This document shows, one piece after another, positions 52,977 to 62,980 of a DNA stretch of 64,000 nt. How positions within the stretch are numbered: position 1 is the first letter of the stretch; each line of letters opens with the position of its first letter. Made by a program: the position numbers and the translations under genes. This DNA comes from an uncultured Thermoplasmatales archaeon (GTDB lineage Archaea > Thermoplasmatota > Penumbrarchaeia > Penumbrarchaeales > Penumbrarchaeaceae), in the NCBI GenBank assembly GCA_964445525.1, contig CAYULA010000018.1, positions 36 to 64,035 of the forward strand, given 5' to 3'. The notes under the pieces were generated by a model. The model saw only the letters and a list, made by a program, of their open reading frames with translations, made no database searches and was not told the DNA's origin.

Positions 52977-53567
52977 TCATTCAAATATATGATGATCAAG
53001 CTTGAAATTCAGCAATGTGACCATACGAGCAAGCCTTCTTTTTCTGAATCTCCAGTCTGGCATCATCCGATCGAGACAACCATAGAACATATCACCGTGG
53101 TCAGGATGCACGAGGTGGCAAAGTTCATGATAGACAACATATTCTATGCATCTTTTTGAAAGTTTTATCAGGTCCAGATTCAAATATATTCGATTCACAT
53201 CGGAAAGAGATCCCCCAACCCTGAGTTTCATCGGTTTTATGAGCATCTCGGGCATCTCTATGCCCATTCTTTTGAATCTTGGAACTGCCTTTTTGAGGAT
53301 CTCATTAAACTCTTCCTTTGCATTCATGGCAAGGAGATGATTGAATATCCATCTATTGTGCGATGGGTCCTCCGGAAATCTCGATCTTAGAAAGATCTTT
53401 TCCTTTTCCACTTCAGCCTCGTCACGATCGGATTCCATGATCCTCAACCTGCGGGGTTTTCCCATGAAATACTGAATATCACCCTCTATGAATTTCCCCG
53501 GTTTCACCCAGGGGATCACCGGCATTGGGGGCGGAGGCGGTATGGTAAATGAGGACCCGTTTATCAT
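52977..53567 (-). CDS. DUF45 / YgjP-like zinc metallopeptidase (second copy)
   Basis: HExxH in YHELCHLVHPDH, with the same family layout as 35062..35766. Confidence 0.75.
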   Translation of the reverse strand: MINGSSFTIPPPPPMPVIPWVKPGKFIEGDIQYFMGKPRRLRIMESDRDEAEVEKEKIFLRSRFPEDPSHNRWIFNHLLAMNAKEEFNEILKKAVPRFKRMGIEMPEMLIKPMKLRVGGSLSDVNRIYLNLDLIKLSKRCIEYVVYHELCHLVHPDHGDMFYGCLDRMMPDWRFRKRRLARMVTLLNFKLDHHIFE

Positions 53568-53645
53568 TGCAGTACGAACTTATCATTCCTGTGTATTTTT
53601 AATGAATCCCGGAAAATGGAGGGGAATGAAGGAATGAAATTGAAG

Positions 53646-53719
53646 CGGACCCACGGGGATTCGAACCCCGGTACAAAGCTCCGGAGGCTTCGATGATATC
53701 CAGGCTACATCATGGGTCC
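53646..53719 (-). tRNA. tRNA-Arg (anticodon CCG)
   Basis: Hand-folded 74-nt cloverleaf. The acceptor stem is GGACCCA/TGGGTCC (7 perfect bp) and the D-loop is AGCCTGGATA. The anticodon stem is GAAGC/GCTTT with loop CTCCGGA. The T-arm is CGGGG-TTCGAAT-CCCCG and the discriminator is G. No CCA is encoded and there is no intron. Confidence 0.85.
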
Positions 53720-53742
53720 TATCTTCCGGGAGAAAGATGTCA

Positions 53743-53752
53743 TTTAGATAAA
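53743..53752 (-). promoter_or_regulatory. TATA-like box (minus strand TTTATCTAAA) for the tRNA-Arg gene
   Basis: The proximal edge is 24 nt upstream of the tRNA 5' end. Confidence 0.4.
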
Positions 53753-53841
53753 TCCTTCCTCGGAATGGTCCGGTTCACCCATTGGAAATCTTTAATATTT
53801 GAAAACTCATGTAAAAATTGCTACAAAAGGATGGGAGTACT

Positions 53842-56800
53842 ATGTATTCGACCAAGTTAGCCGCTTATGCAATTATGATATTTTTGCTTGCATCTTCCTT
53901 CCCTTTCCTCCAGGATTCTTCCATTGATGGAGATGGAATCCCGGTCAGGAATGGAGAGGACCTCTTGACCGAAAGGAGTGATTCCGATTTCTTCCCCGGG
54001 GAAATGAGAAATGAGTATTTCCAAGATGTCACGGGAGACGGTATTAAGGATGCAATAATCAGATCAAGGACCTATCCTCCGAGCAGATATCATCTTACGG
54101 TTCTGGACCTGACCACAGGAGAGGTTGTTTACAATTACACATCGACATACGAAAATCTCAATCTCAAGCTGTTCAATGTCGATGATGATCCGGAAATGGA
54201 AATGGTCGTTGATGATTACGACTGGTATATAACCCATACAAAATATTTCATCTACGATTTTGGAACCTCTTCGACAGTTTTCGAGCCCCCTGTCATAGAT
54301 GGAAGATATTATTGCGAGATCATCGAAGGCGAATTCGTTATGAAGGTTACTTTGCAGCCCGCATCTTATGTGTCAGAGAGGACAGAATGGTGGGAGACCT
54401 ACGATATGTCAACGTGGACAAAAACCTGGGAAACTCCGAGATTTGCCAGGGGTTCCGGTATATACGAGGATATCGACGATGACGGAATAAATGAATACAT
54501 CTACTGGTCCAACTGGATCGACCACACTCCCAATCGGGGAAATGTATACCTCATCGATCTTGCGGATCATCAGATCAAATTGAATACCACGGATGTTGGA
54601 GAAATAGGCTATGGCGGATCGGGCCTCACCCGGGTGGATAGTCTCGATCTCGAAAACGATGGATATTCCGAGGTCCTGATCCATGCTTTCTGGGATCATA
54701 ATTCCACATCAAGAACATATCTCTACTCGGCCAAAACCAACGCGAGAGTATGGTCAACCATAAATCTCAGCGGGTACAGAATGAGGGAGGACCCGATACT
54801 TGAGGATATGAATGATGACGGGATACCCGAGATAATTCTTATCCTTTCAGCTCCCGGAACCGAATATGATTCGAAACTGGTCGTTCTTGACCCTGAAACC
54901 GGAGAGGTACTCCTTGAAGATGAGATAGATAATAGATTGTATCAGAGCCAGATCTATGCTCTGGATCTTAACGGAGACGGAAACAAGGACCTGTTCGTAT
55001 TCAATGCAACCGATTACAGAAACGGAATCATGACCATAAGGGCATACGATCCTGCAGATTCCTGGAATTATTTGTACAATATCAGCAAACCGGATATGCT
55101 TTCCTACAACATCCACGATTACAATGGCCAAGGGGAGCTTGTATTGCTGATCGTTGAAATAGGTGGTAATAGTGATCAGATAGTTTTGAACTATTATGAT
55201 CCCTCCGATATGGGGATAAAGTTCGGATTCGGTGATTTTGCAGTGGGGGATTCCGGCACCCATCAAATCAGTCATCATCACTACCACGGAGCTGATGATA
55301 TCGTTTCCGTTCAAACCGATTTCAGGGACTCTTCAGGAGGTAATCACTCAAGGGTCCATCTCTGCAACCTCGGTAATGGCCAGGTGGAGTACTCATCCCC
55401 AATGTTCAGTTCGGAGATCACATCCAGCGTACAGGTTTCCACCGCTAATCTTAATAATGACACCGTCCCGGATTTTTTCATCAGAGGTTACTGGGAGGAT
55501 CCAATCAATCCGGTCAGGAGCGGAAGAATGATCATGTTGAACGGAGCGAATTTTTCCGTATGGTGGGATTCGGGTGAGTTGGTCGGTCTGATCTCTCCTC
55601 AAATGGATAGCTATTCCGTTGAAAATCTGGGAGGATTCCAACGTCTTTCCTTCGATTATCTTGATGGAACGGAATCGGTCTACAACAGCTCTCTTATCAA
55701 CACTTCCGGAGATCGACCGGTACTGACGTTCTCTTTCGAATCAAATTCCTACAACTCCATCAAGGATATGGACCTCCAGATGGATGGGGAATATGAACTG
55801 GAGGTTAGATGGTCGGAAAGCGGCACCGTCTATTTCGAATATTTCGACCTCTCCACGGGAGTTCCTGTTCTGGAGGATTCAAATGAGATCCCTGGAAGCT
55901 ACGGTTATACCGGCGATGTCCACGCCAGGTCCGGTGGAGGAACGCTTTTCGAAGTCTGGACCTCCGATACATACAGGATCTTCCGGTATCCCGAAATGAA
56001 TGAGATCCACTTCCACAACTGGACCGATTACCCCACAAGGAACAAGGTTGACATGAACCAGGACGACTCCGAGGAATATTTCTGGTCCCTATCAGAGGAC
56101 CTCGGCTCCACGGGAATATCGGATCTTATCATTCTGGATATGTCAACGGGAGAAAAGGCCTGGGAGCTCCCCGGTGTGAATTACAGCGCAGAGATTTTCA
56201 TCGATGATATCGACTACGACGGATACTTTGAACTTATCATGTACAAGCAGCTTGACTGGGACGATCCCGAGATGTGGGGGATCACGGTTTACAACATCAC
56301 AACCGACCTGAAGCCCGAGCTAATTGCTCCTTTGGAAACAATGGAACTGATCGAGGACGGTGATCCCGGAACGCTTGCTCTGGAACCTCTATTTGAAAAT
56401 GACGGACCGATGGAATTCGCAGCGGAGGACCTCTCGGGGGACCTTGATGTTTCCGTTGATGAAGGCACAAATATTCTCACGGTCGCTCCCCTGCCCGATG
56501 CCTTCGGAATGAAGGAGGTTGACATCATAGTGTCTGATGAAAAATGGGACCTCCACTTCATTCTGGAGGTAAATATCTCTCCCGTGGAGGATGCTCCTTT
56601 CATTGTGAATATCTCGGGAGTCCCGCCAATAAACAATACCATTGAATTATATGCCGAACAGGAAGTGGAAAACACCTATCAGATCCATGCGGAGGACCCT
56701 GATTTGGAAGAGATACCATTCTTCCATTCAGATCGTGATAGGTTCAACATATCAGAGGAAGGTCTGGTCAGATTCCTTCCACTTCCGGAAGACGGCCCGA

Positions 56801-57819
56801 TTGTGGAATTGAATTTGACAGTCGGACCGCTTTCCGGCCTGAATACGTTTTATTCCATGATATTTGAAATCGAGAGGAAGCCGCATCCTCCGATGGATGT
56901 AAACATCACAGACCCCTTCAATGGAAGCGTCTCCTTTGGGACCTGGACATTCAACGCATCCGCCTTAAACATAGATGAACCATGGGGCGATATCCTTTCT
57001 TTTGATTGGAGCTCGGACATAGACGGATATCTCGGAAACGGATCCGAATTCGCATACACCGGATTGACACCGGGCGATCATACCATAACCCTGAATGTCT
57101 CCGATACAGACGGATTATGGGTGACGGAATCGATCATGATCGAGGTCCTCTCATCCGTTGTATTCGAGGACCCCTGGGAAGAGGAAGCCACAGCCGAATC
57201 ATCGGTTGAGATAGACTATATTCAACTGGATGCATCGGTTCTTGTCAACGGAACCGAGATCATGGTCAGGGAGACATATTCACTTGAAGGAACCTACGAT
57301 CAAAGGATTGAAGATCTGGATATCTATCTAAAAACAATTCACAGTGGGAATACGGTCCTCCATGGACTTCTGACAAACGAGGAAGGTATCACTTATGATC
57401 TGTCCATGGAAGAAGGATCCTGGACAATGATATACGAAATTGAATATGATCCGGATGAACCGTTGGATTCCATGATCTTTTCTTTGGAAAATACCACCTA
57501 TTATTTCATTGTCGCAGCCTGGACAGACACAGGGCTATTCGATCTGGCAGAGGCATCTTCGGAGCTGAACATCTCAGTAACGGATATCACGGATGGCCCT
57601 CCAGATGACGATGACGACCCGGATGACGACGACACCGATGACGATACGGATGACGACGATGATGATGACGGAGAGGATGATGATGAAAGAGGACTCGGGG
57701 CCCTTTTGGCGGTCTGTGCGATCCTTCTGATCCTTGTTACACTGGTGATTGTCATAGTATTTGCAATAATCGTCAAGAAGGCATCGGGAAAGAAAGAGGA
57801 AATGGACTGGGAAGAATAA
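53842..57819 (+). CDS. giant FG-GAP/VCBS-repeat surface protein with poly-Asp tract and C-terminal TM anchor
   Basis: It has a signal peptide from ATG 53842 (MYSTKLAAYAIMIFLLASS). Calcium-loop motifs D-x-(D/N)-x-DG recur (DVTGDGIKDAII, DIDDDGINEYIY, DLENDGYSEVLI, DMNDDGIPEIIL, DLNGDGNKDLFV). Residues encoded near 57600-57690 are almost pure Asp, and a terminal TM helix follows. Confidence 0.8.
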   Translation: MYSTKLAAYAIMIFLLASSFPFLQDSSIDGDGIPVRNGEDLLTERSDSDFFPGEMRNEYFQDVTGDGIKDAIIRSRTYPPSRYHLTVLDLTTGEVVYNYTSTYENLNLKLFNVDDDPEMEMVVDDYDWYITHTKYFIYDFGTSSTVFEPPVIDGRYYCEIIEGEFVMKVTLQPASYVSERTEWWETYDMSTWTKTWETPRFARGSGIYEDIDDDGINEYIYWSNWIDHTPNRGNVYLIDLADHQIKLNTTDVGEIGYGGSGLTRVDSLDLENDGYSEVLIHAFWDHNSTSRTYLYSAKTNARVWSTINLSGYRMREDPILEDMNDDGIPEIILILSAPGTEYDSKLVVLDPETGEVLLEDEIDNRLYQSQIYALDLNGDGNKDLFVFNATDYRNGIMTIRAYDPADSWNYLYNISKPDMLSYNIHDYNGQGELVLLIVEIGGNSDQIVLNYYDPSDMGIKFGFGDFAVGDSGTHQISHHHYHGADDIVSVQTDFRDSSGGNHSRVHLCNLGNGQVEYSSPMFSSEITSSVQVSTANLNNDTVPDFFIRGYWEDPINPVRSGRMIMLNGANFSVWWDSGELVGLISPQMDSYSVENLGGFQRLSFDYLDGTESVYNSSLINTSGDRPVLTFSFESNSYNSIKDMDLQMDGEYELEVRWSESGTVYFEYFDLSTGVPVLEDSNEIPGSYGYTGDVHARSGGGTLFEVWTSDTYRIFRYPEMNEIHFHNWTDYPTRNKVDMNQDDSEEYFWSLSEDLGSTGISDLIILDMSTGEKAWELPGVNYSAEIFIDDIDYDGYFELIMYKQLDWDDPEMWGITVYNITTDLKPELIAPLETMELIEDGDPGTLALEPLFENDGPMEFAAEDLSGDLDVSVDEGTNILTVAPLPDAFGMKEVDIIVSDEKWDLHFILEVNISPVEDAPFIVNISGVPPINNTIELYAEQEVENTYQIHAEDPDLEEIPFFHSDRDRFNISEEGLVRFLPLPEDGPIVELNLTVGPLSGLNTFYSMIFEIERKPHPPMDVNITDPFNGSVSFGTWTFNASALNIDEPWGDILSFDWSSDIDGYLGNGSEFAYTGLTPGDHTITLNVSDTDGLWVTESIMIEVLSSVVFEDPWEEEATAESSVEIDYIQLDASVLVNGTEIMVRETYSLEGTYDQRIEDLDIYLKTIHSGNTVLHGLLTNEEGITYDLSMEEGSWTMIYEIEYDPDEPLDSMIFSLENTTYYFIVAAWTDTGLFDLAEASSELNISVTDITDGPPDDDDDPDDDDTDDDTDDDDDDDGEDDDERGLGALLAVCAILLILVTLVIVIVFAIIVKKASGKKEEMDWEE

Positions 57820-57823
57820 TCAA

Positions 57824-58123
57824 TCACTCGGCCAGTGTGAAAAGCTGATCGTCCTCGTCAACATCGAAGAGACCCATCCGGGCACCGGCATCAAGCCAGC
57901 CGTGTGCATAGTTCACCGCACCATAGGCAAGGACATAATTTCCGTCATTTGCGAAGGCCTTGGCATCCATGAAATACGACATGGCCATTGCCAGAAAATC
58001 CTCACCCAGCTTCTTCAGGTGACTCCGGGGAGGAGGGGCGATGCTCACCTTCTCGATAGCCTTCTGCGTCGTGTTTAGGTACTTCTGCATCCGTTCCTCT
58101 GTAATCACGGTGGTCTTTTCCAT
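57824..58123 (-). CDS. DUF357-family protein
   Basis: AMSYFMDAKAFANDGNYVLAYGAVNYAHGWLDAGARMGL fits the DUF357 pattern. Confidence 0.6.
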   Translation of the reverse strand: MEKTTVITEERMQKYLNTTQKAIEKVSIAPPPRSHLKKLGEDFLAMAMSYFMDAKAFANDGNYVLAYGAVNYAHGWLDAGARMGLFDVDEDDQLFTLAE

Positions 58124-58185
58124 GACCTTGCCCCGACTTTGAATCGCCGGGGTTCTACATAATCTTTGTCAAGCAAATCTCAACT

Positions 58186-59730
58186 CTATCCATTATGGAG
58201 CTCCCTGAGATCGCCCAAAATATCCACCGATTCCCCTCCGTGTCGCGTCATCCTGGTCCTGACCTCGACCAATATCGGCTCTGATAGACTTCCACCGACA
58301 ACAATGGCAACCGCAACCGGAAGTCTCTGCACCTCCTCCGACATCCTTGTGGTGAGGCCCTCGACAGACGCTATTACAGCCTTGTGATCATTGGGATTGG
58401 TTACCTTAAGTATCATCTGAGTTCCGCATTGGGAAAGAACATTCTTGTCAACCTTTGCGGGCCTCTGGGAGACAATTGTCAACCCCATCCCGAACTTCCT
58501 GCCTTCGGAAGCCACGGTCTTGAGTATCTTCGATGTTATCGCGGGACCTGATTGCGGACAGAAATTATGCGCCTCCTCGACAACAAGCATGAACGGAGGT
58601 ATCACGCCCTCCTTTCTAGCTTTGAAAAGCTGAATCAACAGGGATGCGGCACCCACCTGCTGCATGTCCAGGGAAGCATTCCTCAAACCTATAACGGAGA
58701 TCTTACCCTTGGAGACTATCTCCTGAAGCGGTGTAGGCGGATTCGAGAAAAACGGCATTCTGTAGAGATGCTCCAGCCCGTTGAGTATATTCCATTTTGC
58801 GGGATTTGGATCGGTCTGGACTGCCGCTATGATATCTGACAGTTCCAGATCGTCTCCGAGGATCTCTTTTGCCTTCTGGTAGCAATTATACAGTATGGAA
58901 GAACCCGCTCCCAGGTTCTTTACTCCCATGAGGTCCATCAGGTCCTCGGGCGACAGCGATCTTATATCAACTCCAAGCGGAGTCCCCTCAATTTCAGGGG
59001 ACTGGTTACCTCCGATATGGAATTCCCTCAGGGAATCACCCAATCCCTTTGGAGATATCCCGAACCTGTTCATCCTATCATAATCATCCCTGTCAAGGTT
59101 GGGGGATATCATTGACCTGTATTCTCCGTGGAGGTCCAGGATGATGACCGGTATTCCATGCCTGTTAAGTTCCTCCGACAGGACACCGCAGGCATATGAT
59201 TTCCCTGATCCGCTCTTGGCAATGATGGATACATGATTCTGCACAAGTTTCGAAGGATCCAGAACAACATCAACATCCGTATGCAGGAGCTTTCCCACAT
59301 AGGCTCCCTGATCCCGGTCAAGTCCCAGGCCAAGGACCGATCCGATGCTCTCTTTTTTAGGTGTGTATATGTTCGAGGAAGGAAGCACAGGTGTCAACGG
59401 CCGTCTCAACCTGCCGTCGCTGTCCCTCCTTCCGATAACCTTGACGGATGCTATCCTCCTGTATGTTATCTCTCCCATCTTTCCTGCAAGCTTCAGGACC
59501 GCTTCCTCCTGTCCCACATCGGACCGGAGCTCTATGTCATCCACCAGGCCCAGGACCCACCCTTCTGCCGGGTGATGGAATTCCACGTAATCCATCTCCC
59601 TTAGATCAGGATCGGTGACCATGCACTTGAAGGATCCCGAAGAAACGTTACCATAAACCGCCCCTATGGGGCCTCCCGGATGGCCTGGATCGGTTGGACC
59701 ATCCACCGTTTCCCTCCCTCTCTTGGACAA
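58186..59730 (-). CDS. HerA-like (DUF87/FtsK-HerA superfamily) ATPase
   Basis: It has an N-terminal HAS-barrel-like region, Walker A (IAKSGSGKSYACG) and Walker B (MLVVEEAHNF). No NurA partner is adjacent. Confidence 0.8.
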   Translation of the reverse strand: MSKRGRETVDGPTDPGHPGGPIGAVYGNVSSGSFKCMVTDPDLREMDYVEFHHPAEGWVLGLVDDIELRSDVGQEEAVLKLAGKMGEITYRRIASVKVIGRRDSDGRLRRPLTPVLPSSNIYTPKKESIGSVLGLGLDRDQGAYVGKLLHTDVDVVLDPSKLVQNHVSIIAKSGSGKSYACGVLSEELNRHGIPVIILDLHGEYRSMISPNLDRDDYDRMNRFGISPKGLGDSLREFHIGGNQSPEIEGTPLGVDIRSLSPEDLMDLMGVKNLGAGSSILYNCYQKAKEILGDDLELSDIIAAVQTDPNPAKWNILNGLEHLYRMPFFSNPPTPLQEIVSKGKISVIGLRNASLDMQQVGAASLLIQLFKARKEGVIPPFMLVVEEAHNFCPQSGPAITSKILKTVASEGRKFGMGLTIVSQRPAKVDKNVLSQCGTQMILKVTNPNDHKAVIASVEGLTTRMSEEVQRLPVAVAIVVGGSLSEPILVEVRTRMTRHGGESVDILGDLRELHNG

Positions 59731-59837
59731 TTGATTGACCTCCCGGTCACTTTATCGGGGATATAGATAAAGGTTGTCGGGGGGGTGCGAGAAAGTGCAA
59801 CAACAATTGGAAATAGTCTCCGACCAATCCGATAAAT

Positions 59838-60482
59838 ATGGGAGCTCCAAGACGAATTAACCTTGAAGGCAAGATTTTCACACTTGACAGAGAGGGGGGA
59901 AGATCTGTTTACGGGGAGTCATTGATCCAGTTCGACGATAATCATTACAGGGAGTGGATTCCCTGGAGATCGAAGCTCGGGGCCCTGATGAACAAGAAGG
60001 AAGTCACACTGCCTGAAGGAGATGTTCTCTATCTGGGGGCGGCCCAGGGTACGACAGTATCTCATATGTCCGATATTCTTGAAGAAGGGACAGTATATGC
60101 CGTGGAATTCTCCAAAACCGCATTCAGGAAACTCTCGGATCTTTCCAGAAGAAGGGATAATATCGTGCCAATATTGGCAGATGCTTTTCATCCCGAACAA
60201 TATCAAGTCATTGTTCCTCGAGTTTCAATGGTCTATCAGGATGTGTCCCAGAAGGATCAGCTGGGTTTGCTGTTAATTAATGCTGAGAAATTCCTGAAAA
60301 AAGGAGGGATAGTATACCTTATGCTGAAAGCCAGGTCCGTGGACGTTACGGCGAGACCTCTGGATATCTACCAGAAAGCAGCTTCCCTTTTGAAGGATAA
60401 TGGCTTTGTTGTCGAATACATAGAGGACCTTTCCCCTTTCCAGAAGGATCATGCCGCAATCAAGGTAAAATCTATCACCTGA
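59838..60482 (+). CDS. flpA: fibrillarin-like rRNA/tRNA 2'-O-methyltransferase
   Basis: REWIPWRSKLGA, VLYLGAAQGTTVSHMSDI, VYAVEFS and DVSQKDQ motifs are present. Confidence 0.9.
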   Translation: MGAPRRINLEGKIFTLDREGGRSVYGESLIQFDDNHYREWIPWRSKLGALMNKKEVTLPEGDVLYLGAAQGTTVSHMSDILEEGTVYAVEFSKTAFRKLSDLSRRRDNIVPILADAFHPEQYQVIVPRVSMVYQDVSQKDQLGLLLINAEKFLKKGGIVYLMLKARSVDVTARPLDIYQKAASLLKDNGFVVEYIEDLSPFQKDHAAIKVKSIT

Positions 60483-60531
60483 ATTGCAGTTTTTAGAAAG
60501 ATTTAAGGAACCCTCCAACATACCGCCCACC

Positions 60532-61860
60532 ATGGTCAGAGTCATCCCTTTCAAGGCATACAGATACAACAAGGAAAAGGTCGAGGACCTCTCCAAGGTC
60601 GTCGCCCCTCCGTATGATGTGATTAAGGGAAAGAAACTGGACATGGTCCAGTCCCTCTCCCCTCACAACATAGCATGGATAACGAAAAACAAACCCCGGG
60701 ATTCCGATACCGAGGAAAGCAATCAGTATACGAGGGCCAGGGACCTCCTCAACGAATGGATGGAGAAGGGCATACTCAAACAGGATAATGCTGAGTCCTT
60801 CTACGTCTACTCCCAGGATTTCGAGGTGATGGGAAAGGTCCTGACAAGGTTCGGTTTCATCGGACTTCTCGAACTTGAGGAGTTCGCCAAATCGGCTCCC
60901 GAGGAAGGCCCTTTCACAGGTATCCTTCAGCATGAGGAAACCCTTCCCAAGGATATCGAGGACAGGCTGAATCTCTCCAGGAACACCCTGGCGCAGTTTG
61001 GCCAGATCTTCGTGATCTACCCCGATCACCAGGGAAAGGTGGATTCCATACTCAACAAGAACATGGAAAAGGATCCCGTGATCGATGTAACCGATAACGA
61101 GAGCATCCGCCATCGCCTGTGGAAGGTCGATTCAAAGGAGGATACCGATTCCATCACCGAGGCCATGTCCGATAAGTTCGCAATAATAGCCGACGGACAT
61201 CACAGATACAAGACCGCACTTGCCCTTAATAGGGAAAGGCCGGACCTGCCCTCGACGAACTACAGGATGCTCACATTCGTGAACATGTCCAACCCGGGAC
61301 TTGTCATACTTCCGACCCATAGACTGGTCCAGAATTTGGAAAACTTCGATCTGGAAAAATTGCTTGATGGTCTGAAGGAAAATTTCGAAGTAAAATCATT
61401 CCAGGAGAAAGAGGGGATGTTTTTAGAGATGGACAGACTCTTCCGGGAAGGAAAGCACGCCTTCGGCCTTTATGCCAACGATGGCAAATTCCATTCCATG
61501 GAACTGAAGGATCCAACTCCGATGGAGGACCTCAGACCCGATGCCTCTCCGGAACTGAGAAAACTGGATGTGGCCATCCTTCACTCAATGGTCCTTGACA
61601 AGGTACTGGGAATCGACAAGGAGAAGCTTCTCCACGGGACCATGACAGGGGGCGGCTATGTTGTCTATATCAAGGGCATTGGAGATGCGGTTGACGAATC
61701 GATACAGGCTGTCGATGAGGATGCCCAGTGCGTCTTCTTCATGAATCCCACCAGGATAGAGGAGGTAGAGGCGGTATCAAAGAACTTCGAATGCATGCCT
61801 CAGAAATCAACCTTCTTCCATCCCAAGGTATGGACCGGTTTCACGATAAACAAACTCTGA
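60532..61860 (+). CDS. DUF1015-family protein
   Basis: VIPFKAYRYN...VVAPPYDVI N-terminus and IADGHHRY motif. I prefer ATG 60532 over the track's TTG 60484. Confidence 0.8.
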   Translation: MVRVIPFKAYRYNKEKVEDLSKVVAPPYDVIKGKKLDMVQSLSPHNIAWITKNKPRDSDTEESNQYTRARDLLNEWMEKGILKQDNAESFYVYSQDFEVMGKVLTRFGFIGLLELEEFAKSAPEEGPFTGILQHEETLPKDIEDRLNLSRNTLAQFGQIFVIYPDHQGKVDSILNKNMEKDPVIDVTDNESIRHRLWKVDSKEDTDSITEAMSDKFAIIADGHHRYKTALALNRERPDLPSTNYRMLTFVNMSNPGLVILPTHRLVQNLENFDLEKLLDGLKENFEVKSFQEKEGMFLEMDRLFREGKHAFGLYANDGKFHSMELKDPTPMEDLRPDASPELRKLDVAILHSMVLDKVLGIDKEKLLHGTMTGGGYVVYIKGIGDAVDESIQAVDEDAQCVFFMNPTRIEEVEAVSKNFECMPQKSTFFHPKVWTGFTINKL

Positions 61861-61876
61861 GGTTAGGTGATCTGTC

Positions 61877-62965
61877 ATGACAAAAAGGGTATACAATTTC
61901 TATGCGGGGCCTGCCACCCTCCCCCTCCCCGTTCTGGAGAGGGCAAGGGAAGAATTCCTGGATTTTGCCGGAACCGGGATGTCGGTGATGGAGATCTCAC
62001 ACCGATCCAAGGAGTACGACAAGGTCCACCACGAGGCAATGGACCTCGTCAAAGAGCTGATGGATCTCAAGGACGACAGGAAGGTTATGTGGCTTCAGGG
62101 AGGTGCTTCCTCCCAGTTCTACATGGTTCCCCTGAACCTTCAGATTCCCGGTAAGAGGATGCAGTATGTAAATACCGGAGCCTGGTCCAAGAAAGCCATC
62201 AAGGAGGCTGGTTTTTACGGGGATGTCGATGTGGTAGCATCCTCCGAGGACACAAACTTCTCGTACATCCCCAAGGATGTTGAGTTCAGTGAGGGATCGG
62301 CTTACGCGCACATTACTTCCAACAACACAATATTCGGAACCGAGTGGCATAACATGCCAAAGGTTCCCTCCGACGTGCCGCTTGTAAGCGATATGTCATC
62401 TCATCTGATGGACAGGGTCCTTGATTTCAATGCCTTTGATGTTATCTATGCCGGAGCCCAGAAGAATCTTGGACCCGCAGGGGTTACATTGGTTATTGTA
62501 AGGGAGGACCTCCTTGACAGGGTTCCGGAGAACACTCCAACCATGCAGAAATGGATGACTCATGTGAAGAAGGATTCTCTCTTCAACACCGGACCCGTTT
62601 TCCCCATATACATGTGCAAGCTTTCTCTTGATTATCTGAAGGAGATGGGAGGGATAGGTGCCATGGAGAAGTTAAACAGGGAGAAGGCCAGGCTTCTCTA
62701 TGATCTCATTGATGATTCTGGAGGCTTCTACAAGGGACACGTCACCGACAAGGATTCGAGGTCCCTCATGAACGTGACTTTCAACCTCCCGACACCCGAG
62801 CTGGAAGCAAAGTGCGTGGAGGAAGGCAAACAGAGGAACCTCGTGGGTCTGAAGGGCCACAGGTCCGTGGGTGGAATGAGAGCCTCCATCTACAACGCAA
62901 TGACACTCGAAGGCGTCAAGGCCCTCGTGGAGTTCTTAAAGGAATTCCAGGAAAACAATCAGTAA
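61877..62965 (+). CDS. serC: phosphoserine aminotransferase
   Basis: YNFYAGPATLP N-terminus, and GAQKNLGPAGVTLVIVR containing the PLP lysine. Confidence 0.92.
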   Translation: MTKRVYNFYAGPATLPLPVLERAREEFLDFAGTGMSVMEISHRSKEYDKVHHEAMDLVKELMDLKDDRKVMWLQGGASSQFYMVPLNLQIPGKRMQYVNTGAWSKKAIKEAGFYGDVDVVASSEDTNFSYIPKDVEFSEGSAYAHITSNNTIFGTEWHNMPKVPSDVPLVSDMSSHLMDRVLDFNAFDVIYAGAQKNLGPAGVTLVIVREDLLDRVPENTPTMQKWMTHVKKDSLFNTGPVFPIYMCKLSLDYLKEMGGIGAMEKLNREKARLLYDLIDDSGGFYKGHVTDKDSRSLMNVTFNLPTPELEAKCVEEGKQRNLVGLKGHRSVGGMRASIYNAMTLEGVKALVEFLKEFQENNQ

Positions 62966-62980
62966 TCGGAAATTGAAAAA

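Noticed and set aside
33841-53719. Possibility that the whole accessory segment is a tRNA-integrated mobile element or provirus
   Set aside because: I recognised no integrase, transposase, terminal repeat, capsid or packaging gene. It is reported only as a low-confidence boundary hypothesis.
57501-57827. 108-aa poly-Ser ORF on the minus strand
   Set aside because: It is the antisense reading of the poly-Asp (GAT/GAC) tract of the FG-GAP protein, so it is an artefact of the repeat.
59838-60482. Fibrillarin without an adjacent Nop5 (Nop56/58) gene as a possible anomaly
   Set aside because: Gene order varies among archaea, and Nop5 may simply lie outside the window. This is not evidence of loss.
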